32,000 nt of DNA from the NCBI RefSeq assembly GCF_000010625.1, contig NC_010296.1, forward strand, positions 3,990,001 through 4,022,000, given 5' to 3'. This stretch comes from Microcystis aeruginosa NIES-843 (lineage in GTDB: Bacteria; Cyanobacteriota; Cyanobacteriia; Cyanobacteriales; Microcystaceae). Below, in pieces: positions 1 to 9,876 of the stretch. How positions within the stretch are numbered: position 1 is the first letter of the stretch; every line of letters starts with the position of its first letter. A model generated the notes under the pieces. That model did not search any database and had not been told where the DNA came from. It saw nothing but the letters and a program-made list of their open reading frames with translations. Made by a program: the position numbers and the translations under genes.

Positions 1-62
1 GGAACCCTGATTCTGTCGTTTTTAGTTGCACATCGCGTTAAATTAACCTAATTCTATAGTTA

Positions 63-1313
63 CTAATTCTGTACGCAAATATTGCATCTAGAATTAGCTT
101 TGTACGCTTTGACCCGTACTGGGTTAACTACGAACCTCTCTATCGGATTCCCGCTAAAGGCGGCCTCTCCGACTACCTTTCTTCCAATATTTAAGGAACC
201 ATTAATATCTGCTCCATAGAAATAACCCGACGAGCTTCTGAATAGTCCTCTTTTAATTCTCTTGCCTAAATAGCTTTTTTGCTTTTGAATAGACTCTAAG
301 TCCAAGAAACTACATTTAGAGGTATAGCTTTCATTAGTTGTTTTGACCTCTATTCCTACTAAATTTGCTTTATAGGTAAGTTGTTCGATCAACCTTGAAT
401 GAGGAATATTTACGAATGACTGGTTATTTCTATCTCCAATATTAATGTTTTGTTTCCAGCCTTGATTATGACCAATAACTAAAAGGTTAATTTGATGAGC
501 TAGTAATTTATCAATAATATATTTACTAGCGGTGTGGAGGTAATAATCCACCTGGCAATTACGCTTTAAAGTTAAACCTTGTATTCTTTTACTGGTCTTC
601 TGTAGACTGGGTAATTCCGATTTGAGTTTAGCTAGTGTCTTGTTGTACTTTTGATTGCAGGATTTTAAGGCTTTTCCACATACTAAAGTTGGCTGAAATT
701 CGGGAATATTAGAGGTAACAGCAGCTAGGTTATTTAAGCCTAAATCGATAAAAGCATATCTTTCTCCCTCTTGACTTGATGAGGATGGTTGTTCATAGAC
801 AATCTCTAAACAATAAGCACCCAATTTAGGAATAATCCTGACCTCTAAGACTTTCTTTAAATTAGTTTTAAATTCTCAATTAGTCCCTGATAGCTTGATT
901 AAACCTTGCTTCAACGCTTTTTGAGAAATGGCTTGATAGTTATAAGTTAAAACGTTTCTACCTTTTTCCTTGTCTTTGTATCTTGGCAACTTAGGCTCTC
1001 CTGTAAATTTATCTGGCGATTTTTTGGATTGTTCTTTCGCTTTTTGGTAGGATTTAAAGGTTTTTTCTACTTGCTTTAATACTAACTGACTTACTTTGGC
1101 GGGTAAGGCTTGATAATCTGGACTCATTTTTAAGGCATGATGTAACTCAGTCATTGTTAAAAATGGTTGATGTGAAAAGAAAACTTGACGGTTTAAATAA
1201 ACAGCACAATTATACAGATTCTTCGATAAAAATCCTAATTTATCAATTACTGAATAATTTTTGTGATTAAATTTAATTAGATGTTTTTGAACTAATTTCA
1301 TCATTCTCCTCAA
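63..1313 (-). pseudogene. tnpB: IS607-type TnpB (RNA-guided endonuclease family) split by a single in-frame TGA at 876-878
   Basis: ORFs 876-1313 and 63-824 are in the same frame (the offset of 813 is divisible by 3). Reading through gives ...IKLSGTN*EFKTNLKKVLEVRIIPKLGAYCLEIVYEQ..., about 416 codons in total. The C-terminal part has TnpB RuvC-like blocks FIDLGLNNLAA, NESYTSKC and GADINGSLNIGRK. Confidence 0.8.
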
Positions 1314-1866
1314 GGCATTTAATTAAACATTCTGTCTTTCTATTTCGTTGTCTTAATGAGTATAATCGAGCGCAAAATGAGGTAATTATGCTCACGAAGT
1401 CTTGCCTTAAATCGTCTTTTCTTTCTTCTGCTAGATTAACGACCTCTATATCTCTATTTGTTTGAGTTAAAAGAACTTTCAGATAATTAAACCCTACTCT
1501 GCTTAAACGATCTTTATGTTCTACGACAATCAAATTATAATCAGTTTGTTCTAGAAGTTTTAATAATAGCTTTCGATGATCATTGACTCCACTTCCTACT
1601 TCTTTAACTACTCGAACAATTTGATAGCCTTTCGCAATACAATAAGCTTCCAATCTTTTTGCCTGAGTCTCTAAGTCAGATTTATTTTCTGAACTAGAAA
1701 CTCGCGCATAAATAGCTACTTTATTTTCACCGCAAGAACGGTCATCTTCAAAAATAATAATTGTTCCTGTAGGAAGACGTTCTCCTTGTAACTGCCCTCG
1801 ATTCCACATTCTCCAAGCAGTGTCATAACTGATCCCTTTTTTCTTAGCATAATCTGATAGTTTCAT
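1273..1866 (-). CDS. tnpA: IS607-family serine recombinase transposase TnpA (MerR-like HTH + resolvase catalytic domain)
   Basis: 197 aa. The N-terminus MKLSDYAKKKGISYDTAWRMWNRGQL is HTH-like. It is followed by VAIYARVSSSENKSDLETQ, a serine-recombinase active-site block, and then VVEHKDRLSRVGF. Confidence 0.9.
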   Translation of the reverse strand: MKLSDYAKKKGISYDTAWRMWNRGQLQGERLPTGTIIIFEDDRSCGENKVAIYARVSSSENKSDLETQAKRLEAYCIAKGYQIVRVVKEVGSGVNDHRKLLLKLLEQTDYNLIVVEHKDRLSRVGFNYLKVLLTQTNRDIEVVNLAEERKDDLRQDFVSIITSFCARLYSLRQRNRKTECLIKCLEENDEISSKTSN

Positions 1867-1991
1867 GTGAACTGCAATGTAAACTTGTACTAACCATATT
1901 AGCAGTTGTTTGCAGTCATTTGCATATATTTTTTACAAAACTTTACAATACTCTCTCGCAAGAGTACAAGAGCGACTATCTCAACAATCTG

Positions 1992-2948
1992 TTATTTTTC
2001 GTGCTGTTCGTAAGCTGAGACAATTTTTTGTACTAAGGGATGACGCACCACATCGGCCCGGGATAGGTAACAAAAAGCGATCCCTTCTACTGATTTGAGG
2101 ATTTTTTGAGCGGCAATTAACCCCGATTCCTGTTGTTGCGGTAAATCGGTTTGGGTGACATCTCCAGTTACTACCATGCGCGAACCGAATCCCAAGCGAG
2201 TTAAGACCATTTTTAACTGTGCTGGGGTGGTATTTTGGGCCTCATCAACGATCACAAAAGCATTAGCTAGGGTTCGTCCCCGCATATAAGCTAAGGGTGC
2301 GATTTCGATTTTACCCCGTTCCATCAGGTCGGGAATTTTGGCCGCTTCGATAAATTCGTATAAAGCATCGTAGAGGGGACGCAAAAAAGGATCGACTTTT
2401 TGCTGTAAATCCCCCGGGAGAAAGCCTAATTTTTCCCCCGCTTCCACGGCCGGTCGGGTGAGGATAATCCGTTCTACTTTATCTTCTAATAGAGCCTGTA
2501 CGGCCAAAACGGCGGCTAAAAAAGTTTTACCCGTGCCGGCAGGTCCAATACAAAAGGTGATATCGTGACTTTGAATCGCTTGGATATATTGACGCTGACG
2601 GAAGGTTTTTGCCCGAATTAGCTCCCCGCGACGGGTACGAGCGAGAATATCCTGCTGTAGTTCTTTATACTCGCTAGAACGCCCCGTATCGAGGGCATGG
2701 ATAGCGGTCATAATATCGGCTTCGGCGATTAACTTGGCCTCTTGCCATAAAATACTTAAGGAGCGCACAATCGCTGTGGCACGCTCCACCGGGGTCGGTT
2801 GCCCCGCAATCCGCAATTCCAGGCCTCTGAGGACTAAATTCGCCCCAGTTTGCCTGGCTATCAATTTGAGGTTAGCTTCTTGATGACCCGCTAAAGCGAT
2901 CGCACTTTCTGAACTGGGGAATTGAATCGTTTGCCAAGTTTCCGTCAT
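1992..2948 (-). CDS. phoH: PhoH-family ATPase
   Basis: 318 aa with Walker A GPAGTGKTFLA and Walker B FVIVDEAQN, plus the typical PhoH C-terminus VVTGDVTQTDLP...SRADVVRHPLV. Confidence 0.9.
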   Translation of the reverse strand: MTETWQTIQFPSSESAIALAGHQEANLKLIARQTGANLVLRGLELRIAGQPTPVERATAIVRSLSILWQEAKLIAEADIMTAIHALDTGRSSEYKELQQDILARTRRGELIRAKTFRQRQYIQAIQSHDITFCIGPAGTGKTFLAAVLAVQALLEDKVERIILTRPAVEAGEKLGFLPGDLQQKVDPFLRPLYDALYEFIEAAKIPDLMERGKIEIAPLAYMRGRTLANAFVIVDEAQNTTPAQLKMVLTRLGFGSRMVVTGDVTQTDLPQQQESGLIAAQKILKSVEGIAFCYLSRADVVRHPLVQKIVSAYEQHEK

Positions 2949-2961
2949 GCTTGGGGCTAAA

Positions 2962-3309
2962 TTATCCTTTGGCTGTTTCTACCACTTTAGCAAAAGCGAC
3001 GGGATCGAGGACAGCTAATTGGGCTAACATTTTCCGATTGAGGAGGATATTAGCTTTCTTTAATTGTCCAGTCAGTTGGCTGTAACTGATGCCCTGTTGA
3101 CGGGCAGCCGCGTTAATGCGGGTAATCCAAAGACGACGAAAATCGCGTTTACGTTTGCGACGGTCTCTATAGGCATTCCGCAAGGCCTTCATTACCTGTT
3201 GGTTAGCGGTACGGAATAAGCGCGAGTGAGAACCGCGAAAACCTTTGGCTAATTTGAGAACTTTTTTGCGTCGCTTGCGGGCGACATTCCCCCGTTTTAC
3301 TCTAGACAT
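2962..3309 (-). CDS. rplT: 50S ribosomal protein L20
   Basis: 115 aa. [43 protein letters not shown] is the canonical L20 N-terminus. Confidence 0.97.
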   Translation of the reverse strand: MSRVKRGNVARKRRKKVLKLAKGFRGSHSRLFRTANQQVMKALRNAYRDRRKRKRDFRRLWITRINAAARQQGISYSQLTGQLKKANILLNRKMLAQLAVLDPVAFAKVVETAKG

Positions 3310-3340
3310 GATAATCCTTTAGACAATTTTTCTGGAAAAT

Positions 3341-3544
3341 TTACAAATAGGGCAACATTAAGCGCACTTCCTTCTCGTCGCGCTCGTGTACCAGGGTAAT
3401 CTGGGACAAACGACGGCGCTTGCGTTCGGCACTTTTATGATCGAGTAGATGATTTTTGAAGGCTTTGCGACGTTTGATTTTTTTGCCGCTTCCCGTGGCC
3501 TCGAATCGTTTGGCCGCCGCCTTTCGCGTTTTTAGCTTGGGCAT
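3341..3544 (-). CDS. rpmI: 50S ribosomal protein L35
   Basis: [34 protein letters not shown] is canonical L35. The start was moved to the internal ATG (residue 10 of the 76-aa track ORF), giving 67 aa. The gene lies immediately upstream of rplT. Confidence 0.92.
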   Translation of the reverse strand: MPKLKTRKAAAKRFEATGSGKKIKRRKAFKNHLLDHKSAERKRRRLSQITLVHERDEKEVRLMLPYL

Positions 3545-3753
3545 AAACTCCCTTTTATTAAATCGACACAATCACTAATACTATCACAAACAAAGGACTT
3601 TGGGCAAGGAGTGGCCAAAAGATTCCCCGGCTTATCCCCACTTTGGCAAGGTCTGTGGGTGGGAATTAAATCAATCGGGAATTTTCCCTTTCCTCTCGAT
3701 CGAATCGCTAAGATCCAGATAAAGTCTTGCGTTAACACGCATCTGGAGAAGTT

Positions 3754-4929
3754 ATGGCTAAAACCCTACTAGAACAATTACGCCAATTTACAGTGGTTGT
3801 TGCTGATACTGGCGATATCCAAGCGATCGAAGCTTTTACACCCCAAGATACCACCACTAACCCCTCCCTGATTACGGCCGCGGCCCAAATGCCCCCATAT
3901 CGGCCGATTGTCGATCAAACCCTGCAAGCGGCCAGAAAAGAATTGGGAAAGCAGGCCACCCCGGAAGATGTGGCCAAATTAGCTTTTGATCGCCTAGCGA
4001 TCGGTTTTGGTCTGCAAATCCTGCAAATCGTCCCCGGCCGCGTCTCGACCGAAGTAGATGCTCGTCTTTCCTACGATACCCAAGCTACCATCCACAAGGC
4101 CCGTTATCTCATTTCCCAGTATGAAAAAGCGGGTATCTCTAGAGAAAGAGTCTTAATTAAAATTGCCTCGACTTGGGAAGGGATTAAAGCCGCAGAAGTC
4201 CTCGAAAAAGAGGGAATTCACTGTAATTTAACCCTATTATTCGGTTTCCATCAGGCGATCGCCTGTGCGGAAGCGGGAGTAACCTTAATTTCTCCCTTTG
4301 TCGGTCGGATTCTCGATTGGTATAAAAAAGAAACTGGTAAAGACTACGTTGGCGCTGAAGATCCCGGGGTCCAATCCGTTACCCAGATCTATAACTACTA
4401 TAAAAAGTTTGGTTATAAAACCGAAGTTATGGGGGCAAGTTTCCGCAATATCGGTGAAATTTGCGAGTTAGCTGGTTGTGATCTTTTAACCATTTCCCCG
4501 AAACTTCTCGAACAATTGCAAGAGACAGAAGCCGATTTACCCCGTAAGCTCGATCCAGCACAGGCCGCAACCCTTGATATTGTCAAAATTGCCATGGATC
4601 AAGCGACTTTTGAGAAAATGCACGCCGAAGATGCCATGGCTTCCGAAAAACTAACGGAAGGTATTCAAGGTTTTACCAAAGCTTTAGAATTATTAGAACA
4701 ATTGCTGATTCAACGTTTAACCCAGTTGGAAGGTCAGTCAACCCTAGAACACGCCGCCGAAGATATTTTTCGAGTCTATGATCATGATGGGGATGGTTTC
4801 ATCACCCGGGAAGAATGGGCGGGAACCGATGCGGTATTTGATGCGATCGATATTAACCATGATGGCAGAATTTCTCCCGATGAGATCGCTGTCGGTTTGG
4901 GTGCGGCTTTTCGTTTAGTGGAAGCTTGA
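3754..4929 (+). CDS. tal: Transaldolase with a C-terminal EF-hand pair
   Basis: 391 aa. Transaldolase blocks present: [40 protein letters not shown]. The last ~50 aa carry two canonical Ca-binding loops, [12 protein letters not shown] and [12 protein letters not shown]. Confidence 0.93.
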   Translation: MAKTLLEQLRQFTVVVADTGDIQAIEAFTPQDTTTNPSLITAAAQMPPYRPIVDQTLQAARKELGKQATPEDVAKLAFDRLAIGFGLQILQIVPGRVSTEVDARLSYDTQATIHKARYLISQYEKAGISRERVLIKIASTWEGIKAAEVLEKEGIHCNLTLLFGFHQAIACAEAGVTLISPFVGRILDWYKKETGKDYVGAEDPGVQSVTQIYNYYKKFGYKTEVMGASFRNIGEICELAGCDLLTISPKLLEQLQETEADLPRKLDPAQAATLDIVKIAMDQATFEKMHAEDAMASEKLTEGIQGFTKALELLEQLLIQRLTQLEGQSTLEHAAEDIFRVYDHDGDGFITREEWAGTDAVFDAIDINHDGRISPDEIAVGLGAAFRLVEA

Positions 4930-4933
4930 CTCT

Positions 4934-4968
4934 CCCCCGCTAAACCGCTCGCGCGGTTTAGCGAGGGA
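4934..4968. other. Perfect 11-bp-stem hairpin (CGCTAAACCGC tcgc GCGGTTTAGCG). Probably the right-end/omega-RNA terminal stem of the TnpB relic, and possibly also a tal transcript 3' structure
   Basis: The arms at 4938-4948 and 4953-4963 are exact reverse complements, flanked by CCC/GGG. The hairpin starts 5-9 nt after the tal stop and ends just before the relic tnpB stop (4977-4979). There is no T-tract on the plus strand. Confidence 0.5.
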
Positions 4969-5237
4969 TTCTTGGTTCATCGGCTCTTGACTAGATCAAA
5001 CAGGTTTAACTGAACGACCCCCAACCGACCGCCTCCGCAAGCGTTTTCTAACACGGTCAGTCCGACCGCGTTTTTTCCTCGGTTCTCGATTATCTTCGCT
5101 GATGCCGTATCTCTCGGTTCAATGTGGCCGCAAGAATCACACCGGTGGACTCTTTCCGATAACGCTTTTTTGCCGGTAATCGCACCACAATTAGGACAAT
5201 CCTGGGAAGTTCCGTTTTTATCGACTTTAAGATAATA

Positions 5238-5353
5238 AGTAGGTAGGCGTTAAAAGTTATCAGATCCCCCCACCTATCGGCACCCCCCTTATCAAGGGGG
5301 GCAGGGGGGATCGAACCTAAAATTCATTTTTAATTTAATTATAACCAGCTACT
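5238..5353. mobile_element. MITE (116 bp) with AGTAG-type terminal inverted repeats, flanked by TA
   Basis: Ends are AGTAGGTAGG... and ...CCAGCTACT, with a TA dinucleotide on both sides (5236-37 and 5354-55). Removing the element plus one TA restores the TnpB frame (WKRGK-YYLKVD). Confidence 0.65.
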
Positions 5354-5630
5354 TATTTTCCCCGTTTCCAAACAACAAACGGTAGTATCTCGTTAATAAA
5401 ACTACCGATGCCCGAATCTAGAGATTGTTTTCTAACGATCCCTCTAGACCAGGAAACGAAGTTAATATCTTCAACGAAGATATTATCGGCAATATCACAA
5501 AGATAATGAGCTAGTTTAAAGTGCCAATCTCTACGAGTATTAGACACCTTTTCATGTAATCTTGCTATCTTCTCTTGGAGTTTTAACCAATTGTTTGAGC
5601 CTTTGACTTGATGTTTCAAGCGTCTTTGTA

Positions 5631-5748
5631 AGTAGGGAGGCACAATTATTTGTAGGATGGGTTAGCGGTAGCGTAACCCATGCGGGCGTTGGGTTTCATA
5701 CTTCAACCCAACCTACGTTCATCTTATATTTAATTCCACCCACCTACT
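5631..5748. mobile_element. MITE (118 bp) of the same TIR family, flanked by TA, with a different internal sequence
   Basis: Ends are AGTAGGGAGG... and ...CCACCTACT, with TA at 5629-30 and 5749-50. Excision restores KLKLL-QRRLKHQV. The interior contains hairpins GGGTTA..TAACCC and GTTGGGTT..AACCCAAC, and about 90 bp recurs inverted at 30762-30852. Confidence 0.7.
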
Positions 5749-6139
5749 TAGCAATTTAAGCTTACTCTGTACTTTCAACAAAAATCGAGGGGCTTTGATT
5801 AAATCTCCTCGTGAAGTAGCGACAAAACTCTCAATCCCCGCGTCAATTCCTAAACAGGTCTTCCCTACTGTCATATCGGGAACTAATTCCGTAGATTGGA
5901 AGGAAACCGAAACGTAAAATCCCGACGCTTTTTGGATAATTCGAGCTTGTTTAGGCTCGAACCCAGACGGGTATTCTCTAGATGGCCGGATTCTAATTTT
6001 TCCTAATTGTGGAAAATTTAAGTATTCGTCACCTAAGAAGTTTATTGTAGGGGGTCTAAGTGGGTTTTAGCCTAACTGCCCAATCAAACAACAATCTTAA
6101 GCTTTATCTCCTCAGTCCTCAACAGTGGTACAATTGCCG

Positions 6140-7625
<1,486 letters not shown>

Positions 7626-7711
7626 AGGGGAGTTATGGGAAGGGCTGCTTGATTTCAGCCCTATTCCTAACATAGAAGTCAAAATTCTGGGAATAGCCGC
7701 CGATTTTTTGA

Positions 7712-8251
7712 CTAATTGACCCGTTTTTCTAGATATTGACCGATCATCAATTCTTGACCGGCGCGAGAGATAATAGTTTGTCGGGTGCGATATTGTTGAC
7801 CGATGAGTTTAATTTCTTCTTCAAAGACAGAACCGGCGTATTCTGTTCTCAGACAGAGAGTAGAGGGGTTAGGAAAGGTATAAATAGCACTAACGGGTTT
7901 ATCCGTCGCAAATCCCCGATCGCGATAGAGAATATTATCTAAAATACCGAATATAGTCGAACCGTTGGAGGGTTTTTTACTCTGGGGACGCAGATAATTA
8001 CTTTGCCAAGTGACTTCCGTACCACCTAATAAGGCTGTATCTTCCAGATTATGTAAACGGGCAAGTTGAATTAATGGTTCGCTGCCTTGGGGTAAATATT
8101 TAATCTCGATGGCGCTGATAACTTCTTGGGGTTCCGTTTCTTGGGTGAGGGTGTAATAACGTCTCTGGGATTGCCAGCGTCCTTCTGTCTGCTTAAAAAA
8201 GGCTAAAGCCGAGGTTTCCAGCGATAATTGGGCGGTTTGAATTAATGTCAT
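7712..8251 (-). CDS. Phycobiliprotein (chromophore) lyase, CpcS/CpeS family
   Basis: The N-terminal FFKQTEGRWQSQRRYY matches the FFxxSxGxWxSxR signature of CpcS/CpcU-type lyases, and the size fits (~180 aa). The start was placed at the ATG preceded by AGGAAAGG (residue 19 of the track ORF). Confidence 0.65.
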   Translation of the reverse strand: MTLIQTAQLSLETSALAFFKQTEGRWQSQRRYYTLTQETEPQEVISAIEIKYLPQGSEPLIQLARLHNLEDTALLGGTEVTWQSNYLRPQSKKPSNGSTIFGILDNILYRDRGFATDKPVSAIYTFPNPSTLCLRTEYAGSVFEEEIKLIGQQYRTRQTIISRAGQELMIGQYLEKRVN

Positions 8252-8437
8252 AGAAATAAAACCTTTCCTGTTTTTTGGGAGAGCAGATTTGTTATCCTTT
8301 GTCAAGAGTTTGCCAGAGAACTGTTACACATCTTAATACAATTATAAGCTGTTAAGTATTTAAATTGCCAGTTGAGATGAGGCACTCTTGCAAGAGGCAA
8401 GAGGCAGGAGATAGGGTGGTCACTGCGTGCGCGTTGC

Positions 8438-8471
8438 GGGGGGTTTTGGGGTTTTGGGGTTTTAGGGTTTT
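8438..8471 (+). repeat. Tandem GGGGTTTT repeat (4 units), followed by C-tracts at 8482-8508
   Basis: GGGGGGTTTTGGGGTTTTGGGGTTTTAGGGTTTT was read directly. It is followed by CCCCCACTTCCCCATCCCCCAACCCCC. Confidence 0.9.
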
Positions 8472-8590
8472 AGTTGAAATTCCCCCACTTCCCCATCCCC
8501 CAACCCCCTTTTTAGCTGTTACTTTTCACCCGATCTGCCCAGTCTTGCTATTGTTAAAAATATAGAACCTCCGAACAAGGTCTCAACTCC

Positions 8591-9511
8591 GTGCAGTTAA
8601 AACAAGTAATCATCGCCCACAAGGCCAACCATCCCCAAAGTAAAGCATGGGCGGAAAAATGCGCTAAACAGTTAGAAGCCCGTCAGTGTAAAGTTTTAAT
8701 GGGACCCAGTGGCTTTAAAGATAATCCCTATCCAGTATTTTTAGCCTCAGCATCGGAAAAAATCGACCTCGCCATTGTTTTGGGCGGAGATGGAACCATT
8801 TTAGCCGCCGCTCGCTATTTAGCTCAGCAAGACATTCCAATTTTAGCGGTGAATGTCGGCGGCCATCTGGGATTTTTAACGGAACCTTTTGAGATTTTCC
8901 AAGATACGGAGACGGTCTGGGAGCGTTTACAATCCGATCACTACGCGGTACAACAACGAATGATGTTAACGGCCAGAATCTATGAAGGGGATAAAATAAA
9001 CCCCCAGGCAGTGAGCGAGGCATTTTATGCCCTGAATGAGATGTGTGTGAAACCCGCTAGTATCGATAGGATGCCCACCTCGATCCTGGAAATCGAAGTG
9101 GACGGGGAAGTAGTAGATCAGTACCAAGGGGACGGCCTATTAGTGGCTACTCCCACGGGGTCCACCTGTTACACCGCTTCCGCTAATGGCCCGATTATAC
9201 ACCCCGGCATGGAAGCGATCGCTGTCACCCCGATTTGTCCCTTGAGTCTCTCCAGTCGGCCGATTGTCATTCCCCCGGCATCTCTGGTCAGTATTTGGCC
9301 TCTGGGAGACTACGAATTGAACACTAAACTCTGGATGGATGGCGCTTTAGCCACTTCTATTTGGCCTGGGCAATGGGTGGGAGTTACCAAAGCTGAAAAA
9401 TTCGCCCAATTTATTATCCTGCGGGAAAGCTATTCTTTTTATCAGACTCTACAGGAAAAATTACAATGGGCCGGGGCGAGAATTCATTATGATGGCAATC
9501 GTCATAATTAG
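8591..9511 (+). CDS. nadK: NAD+ kinase
   Basis: 306 aa with a GTG start. Contains the GGDGT motif (VLGGDGTILAAAR), NEM...GDGLLVATPTGSTCY and ANGPIIHP. Confidence 0.92.
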   Translation: MQLKQVIIAHKANHPQSKAWAEKCAKQLEARQCKVLMGPSGFKDNPYPVFLASASEKIDLAIVLGGDGTILAAARYLAQQDIPILAVNVGGHLGFLTEPFEIFQDTETVWERLQSDHYAVQQRMMLTARIYEGDKINPQAVSEAFYALNEMCVKPASIDRMPTSILEIEVDGEVVDQYQGDGLLVATPTGSTCYTASANGPIIHPGMEAIAVTPICPLSLSSRPIVIPPASLVSIWPLGDYELNTKLWMDGALATSIWPGQWVGVTKAEKFAQFIILRESYSFYQTLQEKLQWAGARIHYDGNRHN

Positions 9512-9512
9512 G

Positions 9513-9681
9513 GTTTGCGGCAAAAAGTTTTTCGTGGGTGTAGGGTGTAGGGTGTAGGGTTTTACCGATTTTCAGGGGGTCAATTACCTAATTTTCAGGG
9601 AAAAAGTGCCTAAATTTCCCCCCCGATCACTCCCATGGCTGGCACTTTTTGATTTACAAAAACTCTAAAAGTCTTAACCAA
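9513..9681 (+). repeat. Dispersed ~170-bp repeat, copy A (paralogue at 29943-30112)
   Basis: Shared blocks: GTTTGCGGCAAAAAGTTTTTC, a G-tract heptamer section (GGGTGTA x3), an identical 29-nt core GTCAATTACCTAATTTTCAGGGAAAAAGT (9579-9607), then C-tract..CACTCCCA..GGCACT.TTTGAT. Confidence 0.8.
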
Positions 9682-9876
9682 CAAGGGTTTTACCATTATT
9701 CAGCCAGCCCTACTTATAATTACCGAGATGCCAGTAGGGATCGTTAAAGGTTGAGCGGGGTCGAAGGAGCAAAAGGCCCCTTGCACCCCAGCGAATAGAG
9801 GGTCAAAAGTTGTCAAAATATTTGACAAAATTGCCACTTTATGGTAAGGAATTGGGTTATTCTTGTCCCGTAAATT

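Larger units (their letters stand above)
1..1900 (-). mobile_element. IS607-family insertion sequence (serine-recombinase tnpA + tnpB); the tnpB-distal end runs off the window start and the tnpA-proximal end is approximate
   Basis: tnpA (1273-1866) and tnpB (63-1313) overlap on the minus strand in the order typical of IS607-type elements. The element lies directly downstream of the phoH stop (1992). No terminal inverted repeats were seen, as expected for this family, so the ends are not defined. Confidence 0.8.
4977..6066 (-). pseudogene. tnpB: 5'-truncated IS605/IS1341-type TnpB relic carrying two MITE insertions
   Basis: Minus-strand translation gives ...TINFLGDEYLNFPQLGKIRIRPSREYPSGFEPKQARIIQKASGFYVSVSF...CLGIDAGIESFVATSRGDLIKAPRFLLKVQSKLKLL / QRRLKHQVKGSNNW...FVEDINF...VVWKRGK / YYLKVDKNGTSQDCPNCG...HRCDSCGHIEPRDTASAKII...*. 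The slashes mark the insertions at 5631-5748 and 5238-5353. The first ~100 codons and the left end of the element are absent. Confidence 0.8.

Noticed and set aside
876-878. The TGA in IS607 tnpB as selenocysteine or programmed read-through
   Set aside because: There is no SECIS-like hairpin immediately downstream that I can see, and TnpB proteins are not known selenoproteins. A nonsense mutation is the simpler reading.
1910-2098. 62-aa plus-strand ORF between the IS607 element and phoH
   Set aside because: It overlaps the phoH 3' end on the opposite strand and has no motifs. It is likely IS-end or intergenic sequence.
3532-3738. 68-aa minus-strand ORF upstream of rpmI
   Set aside because: It overlaps the rpmI start and the tal/rpmI divergent promoter region. 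It shows no conservation features and is more likely leader or promoter DNA.
7642-7661. Hairpin GGGCTG-N8-CAGCCC between the convergent thiC and lyase genes as a bidirectional terminator
   Set aside because: The stem is only 6 bp and there is no U-tract on either strand, which is too weak to annotate.
8365-8565. 66-aa ORF spanning the G4T4 and C-tract repeats
   Set aside because: The sequence is dictated by simple repeats (GFWGFRV..., PPLPHPPTP). There is no start context and it lies in a divergent promoter region, so it is treated as non-coding.
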